A stretch of DNA of 64,000 nucleotides from Balamuthia mandrillaris (lineage: Eukaryota). Within the stretch, counting starts at the first letter, position 1. The number at the start of each line of letters is the position of its first letter. Location: NCBI GenBank assembly GCA_031835245.2, contig JAVKOQ020000021.1, forward strand, positions 186,001 to 250,000, given 5' to 3'. Positions 12,392-24,700 of this stretch are shown one piece after another. Position numbers and translations under genes: made by a program. The notes beneath the pieces are model-generated. The model did no database searches. It was not told the DNA's origin and saw nothing but the letters and a program-made list of their open reading frames with translations.

Positions 12392-15300
12392 CTAGGCGGA
12401 AGAACAAGCATGAAGAACAGCAACCACGCCAAAATGATCAGACGGCCAAAACGGAACCACTCTCCCTCTGACCATCGGCAAACTGCCTGAAGAAGATGCA
12501 CACGAAGAAGAAGAAAGCTCTTCTTCTCTCTCTTTTTCCTGCTGTTGTTCCTCCTCCTTTTCCTCCTTTTCCTCCTCCTCCTCTTCCTTCTCTTTTTCTT
12601 TCTCCATATTGTTATTGTCATCGTTGTTGCTTGAAGCTTTGATCTCTTCCGTTCCAATCATTCGAATGTCGGAAGCAATCCACTTTGGAGGTTGTTGTTG
12701 AGAAGAAGAATGATTGGAGAGAAGAATCCGATCGGTTCTGCGGACTTGGTAGGAACGAAGTGCACTCGTTAGCTTGTTTTTCCTGTTATGCGGACATTTA
12801 TTTTGTCACTCCACCATTAGCAGTTAAACGATGTGAGAGAGAGAGAGAGTGTGTGTGAAGATGTAGAAAGCTAAAGAAAGATAAAGGAAGCAAAACAACA
12901 AGAAATAAACGCGAAAATATACCTGTAGTTAAAAGTATAACCTTCCTCCTCAGGACGCAAATGAGGCCACAAATCGACATACTCGGATGGAATGTTCTCG
13001 TTCTCTTTGCCATCGCCAAAGTTAAAGTCTCCCATTAGAACACTTGTCGATACTTCTTTATCACTGCGCAGAAGAGAGAACACCAATTCGAGTTGTTGTT
13101 TGCGAATCGGTTCGTCTTCTGGATAAGACTCAAAGTGAGCCGTTGCCACTGATAGTTTGTAAGTTGAAGAAGAATTGTTGTCTCTGAAAAGAAGAAGCTC
13201 TGCAATAAGAGCTCTATTTTGTGTTTGTTTGAAGAAGCGAACGGAGTGAGAAACAGAAAAAAGATAGGGAACTAACCACAAAAGAAACAAAGAAAGTTAA
13301 AAAAAAAACCAATGGAGAAAGGAACGCACCTTCTCGCCAGTTTTGTCGGCAAATCGTGCAAACACAACCGATGAAACGGAATGCGGGACAGCATCAAGAC
13401 GCCATACGGCTCGACTGTCTCGCCTCCCCCACCATCTGAAACGGCGTATCCCTCTCTCACCCAACTTTGTTCCAAAACGAGCTGCAAGAACGGTTTTGTC
13501 ACTTCTTGAAAGGCGATGACGTCGGCCTCTTCCTTCTGTACGATCTTTAGGAGTTCTGGATGACGCACTTTACCGGCAGTTCTGTGGAAAAGGATGTTGT
13601 AGGTGAGCAATTTAAGTTGTGGTTGTCTTTGTCGTCGGGTTATTTCTTCTTCGTTTTGCCACCAAGAAGAAGGATAAGGAGAAGAAGAGGAAATAGAGGG
13701 AGCGGGAGAAGAAAGAGAGCGCCAAGATTGAGTTTGAGAGTCAAAATAGGCTGGGTGCAGTTCTATTCGACTGAGTTCCAGTTTGTCAGATCGTCTTTCT
13801 TCTTTCTTTTCTTCCTTCGGAATTGAAGAAGCAGAGGAGAAGGAGGTAGAAGAATCAGTTTTGTGCTTTTCATCATCGTCTTCATCAGAAGAAGATGAAG
13901 AAGATTTGGCAGAGGTAATGCCGACTGTGGGTTTTGTGGTAACTTTGGGCTCCACCCAATAAAGGTCGCCAGAATTAAAGAAACGTATCAGTTCCATCAA
14001 TTTTTTCTGTTTGTAGGAACGCCGAAGAAATCCGGCATCAGTTCTCTTTGCGATAGATGTTGAAGAAGATGGAGATGAGGAAGAGGATGAAGATGAACAA
14101 GAAGAGACAGGTGATAAAGAAGAAAATGTAACGCTTGCCTCTTTCATCTCCTCATATCCATCAACATCGTGGCTATCTTTTTCCTCTTCTGCCTTGCTTC
14201 CTTCTTGTTGTTGCAGCTGTTCTTGTTCAGGTGCTAAAAAGGAAGCAACGTGAGAGATGGTAGAAGGAGCAAAAGGATTTTGCAAAGGTCTTGAATGGAC
14301 CCACAAGTTTTGTTGCGGTCCTTCAAAGAATCCCATCAAAATGGTCATTCGTAGTGATGGAGACAACACAGAAGCCGAAGAAGAAGAAGCAGCACAGAAC
14401 CGTTCCCCCTCGTCATCATCGTCATCCTCTTCGTTGAAGGAAGCATCGTCTCCTTCTTCCTGTTGATGTTCGGCTTCTTTCTTTCCTCCGATTGTACTCC
14501 ATTGGACATTTGGCAATGATATTTCCGCCGTTTCTTCATCGAAGAGAAAACAAGAGGGTCCGATCGTTGACACTGTCGGCAGCTTTCGTTCTTCTTCTTC
14601 TTCTTCTCTTTCTTCCCCTCCTTCTTCGCCACCATCGTTCTTCTTCTTTCGTACTTTGATAAACGAACCGCTGGAAGTAGGCGAGAAGGAAGAAGTTGGT
14701 AACTGAAGCTCAAACCCACTGCCATTTATCGCAGGAGTGGAGACAAAGGGTTGCCAACAAGTGTCAATGATTTGAGCATCGACCCATCGTTTCGTTTGCT
14801 TCGTCCAGCTCAGCTGATGCAAAGTAAAGTAGTCCTCCTCATCGCTGACAAAAGTAATGTAGGTGTCTCCAGAATGAGGATCAGGAGCACAGCACAACGG
14901 GTATAAAGCCGATGCTTTTGGGACTTGTTCTTCCTCTTCATCGCCGCTGTCATCATCTTCCATCATCATCTTTGATGAAGAGGAGCGAGAGGCTTCTTCG
15001 GTGAGGTTGAGTTGTCGCCATCGACGTCCATCACGAGAATACAGTTCGAAAATATGACCATCTCTTCCGACATAAAAGACATGTGTGATGTTGTCGTGCA
15101 CGAAGCATCCAACGGATGCAACTTGCGTTATCTCTGCACATTCTTCGTATACTTCTTTACCTTCTTTTTCTATTGGAGCAGTGATTGTTATCATGTTGGA
15201 ATAATACGACGAAGCAGATGGTGGTGGAAGCCTTGAAGATCGTTTTCTTCTTCGCCACCGTAAACGAACGCGATGAGAAGCAGGCCGATTACTTTTTCTT

Positions 15301-16363
15301 ACTTTCCTTCGTACAAATGTTGCAAAAACGTCTGTTACTTCCCATCGCATCGTTTCATGCCAAAATTCTATTTTGTCTCTTTCTTGTTCTTTCTCTTCTT
15401 CTTTCACTTCCTCCATTTCATTAACGTCTTGTTGTTCTTTAGTCAAAGGTGAAAGAAGCGGAGTGAATCGAAAGAGTCGTGATTGAGAACCTAGTTCCAC
15501 AAAGTACGCTTCGATTTGTCCTTTGTACAACTGTGCTTTCACAGCAACTCCTTCAATCTCTTCTTGCATCTCCTTCATTCCACATCGTTGCGACACGTTC
15601 ACGCAGGTGTATGTCCATCTTTCTCCTTGCTGAAGTTGTTTGTGAAGGAGGAGAAGATGACCGTTTGTGTCGCTCAGATAAAAGACAAAAAGCTCCGGTG
15701 AAGAACAGTCTTGTTGTTGACTTCGAGGAACACAGGAGAGGGTCGATGTGCCGGATCGAATGGGAGGCAGATCGGTGTAGACTTTGTGTTGCCATGTGTG
15801 GTGTTTGCTCTCATTTCTTTTATCGCCTGTAATGAAGAAACGACAGGAAAGAAAGCAACGATAAGAAAGAAACGACAAGATAGAAAGAGAACGAAAGAAT
15901 GATAAAAACGACAAGAAAAGAAATGACAACAAAGAAACGATATCAAAGAAAGAATGCCTTTAACGGGCGTACCATCACTCTTAGAATACAGCTCGTGCAA
16001 AAGTCCATCCGACCCACGAAAGAACAAATGATGCCAACAGCCACCACCAGCACCCTCCCTGCACACGTCGCCCCGTTGTTCCGCTGTCGGTGCCTCCGTG
16101 CGACAATAAGCAAACGTTGGCGTTGCCTCATACTCTTCCTCCTTCATGGGCAGCTCCTCCCAAAACCATTGCCACTCCTTGCCTCCCTCCTCCTTCGATG
16201 GAGCTGCGGTGACTCTGACCTGCATGATGCGGCCGTTGGCAGGGTTGAACACGAACGTCCTTCGCTTGCCTCCTTGGGTCCGAGGAAGCCCCGCCGGTGA
16301 GCGGCGCAGGGTCGTCGGCTCTTCCTCCTCCTCCTCGTCTTCTTCCATTCCTGCGATATTCAT
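12392..16363 (-). CDS. EEP-family (TDP2-like) phosphodiesterase with a long N-terminal region containing propeller/lectin-like repeats
   Basis: TYNIL, DVIAFQEV, YGVLMLSR, ATAHFES, LMGDFN, GYTF, RTDRI, PSDHFGV catalytic motifs; N-terminal HLFFRGSDGLLHELY and HVFYVGRDGHIFELY repeats. Confidence 0.8.
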
Positions 16364-17021
16364 TTGTTTTTTTTTTTTGGTTTATGGCTTTTTTTCTTCA
16401 ATCTCCCCCTAAGAGAGAGTTGAAAAGGAAGGATAACAATGCTTTAGAAACAGAGGAAAGAAAAGAGTTGGTTTTTGTTTTTTTTTTTAAAAAAAAAAGA
16501 AAACCTGCGATGCCTTTCCTGTTCTCCTATTTTCTCTTCTCTTTTTGCTTTCTTTCCTTTTTTTTTTCAGGGAGAGAAAAACGTGATTGCATTCCAAACA
16601 TTCCTCAAACGGTTTTAGGTTAAAATATGTCGACAATATATGCATGGCGTCGACATTTAAATTTGGTATGTCGGCATGAAATCACTGACGTCAGGTTTCA
16701 AATACATTTTTTTTTTGTTTTTCTTTTCAGTTCATTTTGCTTTGTTGCAGTGAAAAGAAAGAAAAGGCTCGCTTGCTGCTGCTTTTTTTTCTCTCTCGCT
16801 TTTCCGGTTCTCTCTAGCCACTTTGTAACTTTTTATTTTTTTTTCCCCAAAGCAAAAAAAAAAAGGTACCGCACCAAAAACGACCCTCACTTTTTTTTTT
16901 CTTAAAAACTGACCATCACTTTCATCACTTTTCAACAAAATCGATTGATTTGATTTTTTTTTTTTTCGCTACGCCTTTTTTTTTTGGTGCTGTTTTCAAA
17001 ACAAAACAATAGAATATTAAA

Positions 17022-20000
17022 ATGCAACAATTGAGATTGGCCAAGGAGGAGACGGATGCGGAGGGTGTCGACACCGACCTGATGTCCCGCGTGCTCCCCA
17101 TCATGGGCGCTGGCAACCTGAAGAAGCTGATGAGCCTTCACGTGCTCGTCTCTGGCATGAGCGGCCTCGGCGCTGAGATTGCAAAGAACCTCATTCTCTG
17201 TGGGTGTGGCTCTGTTACGATTCATGACACACAACCCGCTCAATGGGTCGATCTCGCTTCTCAGGTTCACTACTTTTCTCTGCTCAGCTCTTCTTCATCG
17301 TTCTCTTCTCTCTCTGCTCTTTCTTTCTCTTTATTTTCTTTTTCATTTTGTTAACAAAAGAAGCGAAACAAAACGATAGTTTTACTTGACGGAAGCGGAT
17401 ATCGGCAAGAACAGAGCGGAGGCATGCTTGGCCAGGTTGGCTGAGCTCAACCCTTACACCAAGACTAAAGCGCACACTGGCGCTCTCGAAGAGAGCTTCC
17501 TCGACCAATTTAAGGTTTGTTCTCTCTCTCTCTCTCTGTTTTCTCTATAAATGTTTCTCACGCTTCTTTCCTTTTTACAAAAGGTGGTGGTACTTGTAGA
17601 CTATAACTCTCAGGAGGAGCTGTTGCGAGTGAGCGATTATTGTCACAGCAAGGGCATCGTCTTCATCAAGACGGATTGTCGTGGCTTGTTCTCTTGCGTC
17701 TTTTGCGACTTTGGAGAGGAGCACCTCGTGCAGGATGCCACCGGCGAGGAAGCCAAACAAGCTATCATCACATCCATTTCTCAGGTATCTTTCTTGTCTC
17801 TCCTCTTGTCTTTTTGTCTCTTGACACTAGAAAATAAAACTGAACAAATGAAACAATTAGGCTAATCCAGCTGTCGTGACGACGCATGAGGAGAAGCCCC
17901 ACGGTCTTCATGAGGGAGACTATGTACAGTTCTCAGAGGTGGAGGGCATGACCGAGATCAACTTCACTGGCGCAGTCACTCATCCTACCGCCGCCATCAA
18001 GGTCACCAAGATCAATGGTCTCTATGGATTTGAGGTCGACATTGATACCACCAACTTTAAGCCTTATGCTGCCAATGGTCTTGTTAACGAAGTTAAAATT
18101 GAGATTCCTGTGAAGTCGGTTCGTATTTTCCTTCTCTGTTACTATTGCTGTTTCTTTTTCTGTTGTATTTTCTTGTTTTTATATTGACAACAACCATTGT
18201 CTGGACTCATATCTTTTGACAAAAGAAATCCTACCGTGATGCATTGGAAGTTCCTGGCGAATTCATCATCTCTGACTTTGCCAAATTCGGCCGCGCAGAG
18301 CAGCTCCACTTTGGGTTCCAAGCCTTGCTGGCCTTCCAAGCCCAACACGACGGCACCTTGCCAGAGCCCGGCAACGCCGAGCATGCTGCTGAGATCGTGA
18401 AGCTCGCTACCGAGCTCAACAACGCCGCCAAGGAGAAGAAGGACGTGCACACTGTGGAGGAGATTGATGCTGATATCATCAGCAAGCTGGCCATCACCGC
18501 ACGCGGCAGTGTGAACCCATTGACGGCCTTTGCGGGTGGTGTGGTCGCTCAAGAAGTGCTCAAAGTGACCGGCAAGTTCAATCCCATCCATCAATGGTTC
18601 TACTTTGACTCCCTGGAGTGCCTTCCTCCCGAGGACGAGGCGCACAAAGTGGACCGCACACTGAAAGGCACACGTTACGACGGACAGATCGCCATCTTCG
18701 GCAACGACTTCCAGCACAAGTTGATGAACTTAAAGACCTTCCTCGTTGGTGCTGGCGCTCTAGGCTGCGAGTTCCTCAAGAACTTCGCCTGCATGGGCGT
18801 CAGCTGCGGCGAGCAAGGCAAACTCACCCTCACCGACATGGACAACATTGAGAAGAGCAATCTCAGCCGTCAGCTGCTCTATCGTGACCGAGACATTGGC
18901 AAGATGAAGAGCGTCTGTGCCAAGCGCGCTGCCTGTGAGATGAACAGTCAGTTCAACATCGAGGTTCACGAGATCCCCGTTGGCCCTGACACCGAGGACA
19001 CCTTCAACGACCAGTTCTGGCAGGAGCTGGACTTGGTGATTAACGCCCTCGATAACATCAAAGCCAGACTCTATGTGGATGGTCAGTGCGTGCGCTACCA
19101 GAAGCCTCTGCTGGAGAGTGGCACTTTGGGTACTAAGGCCAACACGCAGGTGGTACTCCCCAGAAAGACCGAGAGCTATGGCTCTTCGAGAGATCCCCCC
19201 GATGCTGCCATTCCTATGTGTACATTGAAAAACTTCCCTCATCAGATCGAACACACTATTGAGGTTCGTTTTTTGTTGTTTCTTTGTCATTTTTATGTTG
19301 TTTGTTTTTGTTTTTGTCTTTATTTCGGTTTGAACTGACTTCTTATTTCACTTAAATTTAAAGTGGGCAAGAGACAAGTTTGCTGGCTACTTCACCAACG
19401 CCTTTGAGGATGCTAACAACTGGGTGTCTGGTGATGACTTTGTCAAGAGCCTTGAGTCCATGGAGTCCGCTGCTGCCAAGAAGGAGCGCCTCCAGTCGGC
19501 GGTGACCTTCCTCGACATGTTCCAGGGTGGTCAAGTCACCTTTGAGGACTGCGTGCGCTGGGCTCGCCTGCAATTCCAGGATCTCTTCTACAACATCATC
19601 GAGCAGTTGCTCTTTAACTTCCCCAAAAACGCTGTGACGAGCACCGGCGCTCCGTTTTGGTCGGGACCAAAGCGTGCTCCTACCTCCATCCAGTTTTGTG
19701 AGGAGGATGAGACCCACATCCAATTTGTGGTAGCCGCCGCCAACTTGTTGGCTTATTGCTTCCGTGTGGAGGATCCTCGCGTACGTTTCTCTTGTTTTTT
19801 TTTTTCTGGTGGCATTTTTTTGACTTAGTTTTCATATTGCAGTCAAAGGACGTTGAGTTTGTGAAGAAGGTGGTGAGCACGGTGGAGGTACCTCCCTTCG
19901 TGCCCAAACAAGGTATCAAGATCAAGTCGGGAGATGACGACAAGACCCCAGAAGGCTCTGAGGATGACGAGGAGATCGTCGCCAATCTGTTGGCCCGCTT

Positions 20001-20703
20001 GGAGGCTCTCCCCAAGAACAAGTTCCCCGTGGCCGAGGATGGACGTTGCTTCAACCCCATCTCCTTTGAGAAGGACGATGACACCAACTTCCACGTCGCT
20101 TTCATGACCCGTACGTTGTTTCCATTTTGTGTCCCTTTTTTTTTTCTCTTCCTCATCCATTGTGTTCCTTTTTTCTCTCTCTTACTCATCCCTTCTTTTT
20201 CTTTCATCAATGCGAATAATAGATGCTTCCAACTTGCGTGCAGCCAACTATCATATCCCTCCCGCTGACTTCCACAAGACCAAGAAGATTGCCGGCCGCA
20301 TTACCCCTGCCATCGCCACCACCACCGCCATGATCACCGGCCTTGTAGGCCTCGAGCTCTACAAGACCATTCTCTTGCTTCACGACAAGGAAGACAAGTT
20401 CCCGTTGGAGAAGTTCCGCAACAGCTTTGTGAATTTGGCTGTGCCGACCTTTGTTCAGTCGGAGCCTTTGCCTTGCGCTGTTCATAAGAGCGATCCCGCT
20501 AAGAAGAAGAGGTACTATCCTGAGGGTTGGACCCTGTGGGATAGCTTTGTGGTGGACGAAGGGGATGTTACCTTTAAGCAGCTGTTGCAAATCTTTGAGG
20601 AGAAGCACAAGCTGGTCATTTCCAGCATCAGCTGTGGCACCAGCTTGATCTACAACCCGTTCTTCCCTGCGCATAAAGCCAGAATGGATACCAAGTATGT
20701 TCC

Positions 20704-20738
<35 letters not shown>

Positions 20739-20742
20739 TTAC

Positions 20743-20788
<46 letters not shown>

Positions 20789-20980
20789 GGATTTGGCGAC
20801 TAACAATGTACTTTGAAACAATCGTATAGGATTTCGGAGTATGTGAAGAATCATGTAACGAGCTATCAGATCAAGCCAACGGATAAGCACATCCAGTTGG
20901 TAGTGTTGGTGGAAGATGTGGACGATGATGAGCTGGAGGTGGAGATCCCTGACCCCTTGTTGCTCAAGTTCAGAGAGTAA
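17022..20980 (+). CDS. UBA1: Ubiquitin-activating enzyme E1 (UBA1/UBA6 family), multi-exon
   Basis: GLGAEIAKNLIL, GAGALGCEFLKN, DMDNIEKSNLSRQ, ESGTLGTK, catalytic PMCTLKNFP, FEKDDDTNFH, IAGRITPAIATTTA, C-terminal UFD. Confidence 0.92.
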
Positions 20981-21000
20981 AAGTTTTTTATGAAGACAAT

Positions 21001-21232
21001 AAAAAAAAACATTCGTAATGCCGTATTTCCCGAACGCAGGAAAACAACACCATCGTTGGGCATTTGCAAGGTGGAAAACCCAAAACCACATTCGAAGTGT
21101 CATTCCCACGATGCAGCCGCCAACACTTTCAGCGTTTACTGCGCCATCACAACAGGTCAGAGGACTGTAGCGCCGCAGGGAGACATAATACCTGCGCGCT
21201 AACAGGCAGAGGACGCCACAGAGACGGGGCCT
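21001..21232 (-). ncRNA. Candidate structured non-coding RNA of unknown family
   Basis: Four or five predicted helices with G-U pairs only on the minus strand, ending in a T9 run; no convincing ORF. Confidence 0.4.
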
Positions 21233-21342
21233 ATTATTTATTTCCTTTTCTTCAATACAGCTGCCGTACGTTTTATCAGCTTCATGACGACGTGATCTAC
21301 CAGTTGCGAAAGTCGAACCCAAAAAAACGGGCAAAAAAAAGT

Positions 21343-21414
21343 TAGCAGAGGGAGGTTTCGATCCTCCGACCTGTGGGTTATGGGCCCACCACGCTTCCAC
21401 TGCGCCACTCTGCT
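21343..21414 (-). tRNA. tRNA-iMet: Initiator tRNA-Met (CAT)
   Basis: AGCAGAGTGGCGCAGTGGAAGCGTGGTGGGCCCATAACCCACAGGTCGGAGGATCGAAACCTCCCTCTGCTA: A1-U72 pair, GGG/CCC in the anticodon stem, ATCGAAA T-loop; followed by a T8 terminator. Confidence 0.97.
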
Positions 21415-21727
21415 TAATGTCTTCATTCGGGTTGGGGGTTACATTGAGGATGTCCGTGCTTTGGCTTTGGGCAAAGAGGCACACTTGCTAGGGGGAGGCT
21501 GATTCCTGAGTAAACAGTCGCTGCTGCACGAGTTCAGTTGGGTATTGGACGTGGAGGCTTGATTCTTTTGGAAGGGTCAAAACGAAGACTCCATGTCCCG
21601 TAGGTGGGTGGCGCCCTCATTCGGACACTTGCCAATGTGCTTCCACTTCAGCAGCAGGAGTTCTTTCCGTTGCCGAGAGAGGAAAAAAACAAACAAACAA
21701 AAAAAGGTATCTTGTTGTTGTGGAGCG

Positions 21728-24700
21728 TTACGTATTAGAGGAGGATGAAGAAGGACCACTTTGGGAGTCTACTTCGGTAATGGGCAGGGTTGGAGCGATG
21801 CTCGAGGAAGCTGCGCTGGCGGCTGCTTCTTGCTTGGCTTTGAGTTTGCGTTGCATGTTGTTGTACAGCCGCTCCTCCTGTTTAAGTGGAGAATAAATTC
21901 AATAAAACGAAAGGAGAAAGAAGCAAGAAAGAAAAAATACCCGTTCCGAGACAGAAGGGACCACTTTCATGAAGGCCCCCTCGAAATGCTCGTTCCTCAG
22001 GCACAGCAGCTCCGGCTCGTCCTCCCAGTCCTTCATCTCCGGCCTCACTGCCAGCGTCTGCTGAACGGCCATCAAGGCGGCCTCTCTGACCAAGGCAGAG
22101 AGATCGGCGCCGCTGAAGCGGTTGCAGCGTGAGTGAGAGGCGATGGAAGGAAGGTCGAGGGAAGGATGACAGGGAATCTTGCGAGTGAGGGTTTGGAGGA
22201 TGCGAGCGCGCTCAGAGGGGGTGGGCAGGGGCACGTAGACCAACTTGTCGAGGCGACCGGGGCGGAGAATGGCAGAGTCAATGATGTCTAGTAGGAGAGA
22301 GAGAGAGAGAGAAGAGAGAAGAGAGAAGGAGATTAGATTCTAAGGGGAAAGAAAAAGAAGGAGAGTATTGCAAACCAGGTCGATTAGTAGCGGCAATAAT
22401 GGCAACGTTTCCTCTCTGGGTAAGGCCATCCATCTCCGTCAACAACTGATTGACTACCCTCTGCGTGGAGTTACTGCTGGCTCCATCGCCGCCATCTCTT
22501 CTGGGACACAAGGCGTCCACCTCATCAAAGAAGATGATGCAAGGGCTGGAAGCGCTTCCTCTGGAAAAGACCTCTCTCACCGCTTTCTCCGACTCTCCCA
22601 CGTACTTGTTCAGGAGCTCAGGTCCTTTGACAGAGATGAAGTTGAAGCCACCTTCGTTAGCCATGGCCTTGGCTAAGAGCGTCTTGCCACATCCCGGTGG
22701 GCCGTAGAGCAGGATGCCAGTCTTGGAGGATATGCCCATGCGGCCGTAGGTTAAAGGGCGGCGAATGGGTTCGAGGATGGAGAGACGAAGCTCGGTGCGC
22801 ATCTCTTCGAGGGCACCTACATCGTCCCATGTCACATCTGGTATGGTCGCAAAGCTGCACGAACAAAGAGAGAGTTAAGTAACGAGAGCAAAAGGAAAGC
22901 GAAAAGAGATTTTAACAAACCCTTCGCGTTTGGCGGAGGGTTGCACTTTCTTGATGGCTGCTTCAAAATCCTGCATGGTGATGGCAAGAGAGCTGAGCTC
23001 TTCAGGGCTAAGTCTGGCCTGTTGCAGTCTCAAGCGATCGCTTAGCTCTATCCTTGCTTGTAGCTCTCTGTTGTCGCTCATTGTCAACGACGTTGCTGTT
23101 GTTATCATTGTTGAGGTCGATGTCAGTGTTTGCGTTTCTACGTCCATCATTTGTTCTGACTCAACGGTTCCCATTTCGTTCTCTTTTTCTTTTTCTTTTT
23201 CTTCGTTGGTGTTTTGGACTTGTTCTGATTTTGGGGGTGAAGTTGCGGCAGAGTCTTGTTGCTGTGGCGGTTGTCGAAGCAGTTGATGAAAGACGCGATG
23301 AACAGCGAGTGTGGCAGCTTCCCTTGTTAATGCTGAGAGATCAGCACCAACGAACCTGCAACAACCAGAAAAAGAATTATAGACTATGAGCAAAAGAGGA
23401 TGAAAGAAAGGAGAGGGATGAGAGATTCGTTGTACCCAGGCGTTTTATGAGCAATCTCTCGAAAGTTAAAATCTCCAGCCAACCGAAGTTGCTTCGAAAG
23501 CACGCTCAATATGCGTGCACGAGCGGCCTCATCCGGCACACCCAATCCAATCTCTCTGGCAAAGCGTCCGTTGCGACGAAGAGCTGAGTCCAGAGAATCT
23601 GGCCGATTGGTTGCTCCAATGATGATGACAGGAGGATCGTCTAATGGACGATTGCTTAGATCTAAAGAAAGAAAGAGGATGAATGTGAGACCGTGTTAGA
23701 AACAAGAAAAAAAAAAAAGAAGAAGAAAGAGAAAGAGAGAACCATCCATGCAAGTAAGGAACTGGGCCACAATACGTCGAGTCATTTCTTTCTCTGCTGT
23801 TTCTCTCTTGGGTGTGATGGCATCTATCTCATCAATAAATATGATGGCTGGTGCTGCTGCCTGTTGAAAAAGCATAAGGATATGAACTATGACAAGAAGG
23901 AAGCAAGAAACAACAGGAAATAAACAACAACAAGAAAAGAAGTAGCTTACAATAGCATCAGCAAACAACCGTCTGATCCGCGACTCGGACTGACCAGACA
24001 TTCCAGTCACTATCTCTGGAGCGGAAACTCTAAAAAAGGGCACTCCCAACTCACCCGCTATCGCATTAGCCAACAAGGTCTTGCCACAACCAGGAGGGCC
24101 GTAGAGCAACACGCCGGTGGAGGGTTTCACTCCGAGATGGCTGTATATCTCAGGACGCAAGAGGGGCCATTCGATGAGCTCACGAACTTCTTGTAGGCAC
24201 TCGTCTATGCCACCGAGATCAGAGTACCGTGCCGTTGGAATGGAGGGAGCGGAGAAGGAGGGAGAGAGATCGCCGTTCTCATCGTTGGTACCAGAAACCA
24301 GGTCTTCGACGGCGGTTGAGTTCGTGAAGTGGATGTTTTTTGCTTGAGAAGAGGATTGCTTGAGAACTCGTTTTCTTCGTTTACTTTGTGGATGTGTTTT
24401 GTTGGGGGTTTGTGATTGTTTAGGTTGCTGTTTATTTGCATCCGTTTTGTTGGCTGGTGTTTGTGATGTAGTTAAAGAAGTTTCAGGTACAGAAGAACGT
24501 TGTCTCTTCTTTTGTCGCCGGAGACTATCAGTTGAGTTTGGTTCGGAGGTATCTCCTCCTTCTGATTCCTCCTCTTCCATTACTTGGATGCTGTTACTAT
24601 CGTTCGATGTTCCATTTTCACCATTTATCACTACTTCATCTGTAGATTCTCTCAACGAGGAAAGAGCTGAGGGAATGGCTGTAGTCGTTGTTGTTGAAGA

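Noticed and set aside
21073..21089. AAAACCCAAAACC as a telomerase template
   Set aside because: Lies on the less likely strand, and no corresponding telomere repeat is evident
21218..21233. ACAGAGACGGGGCCTA resembling RNase MRP CR-V
   Set aside because: No matching CR-I (GAAAGUCCCC) upstream, and G-U pairing favours the other strand
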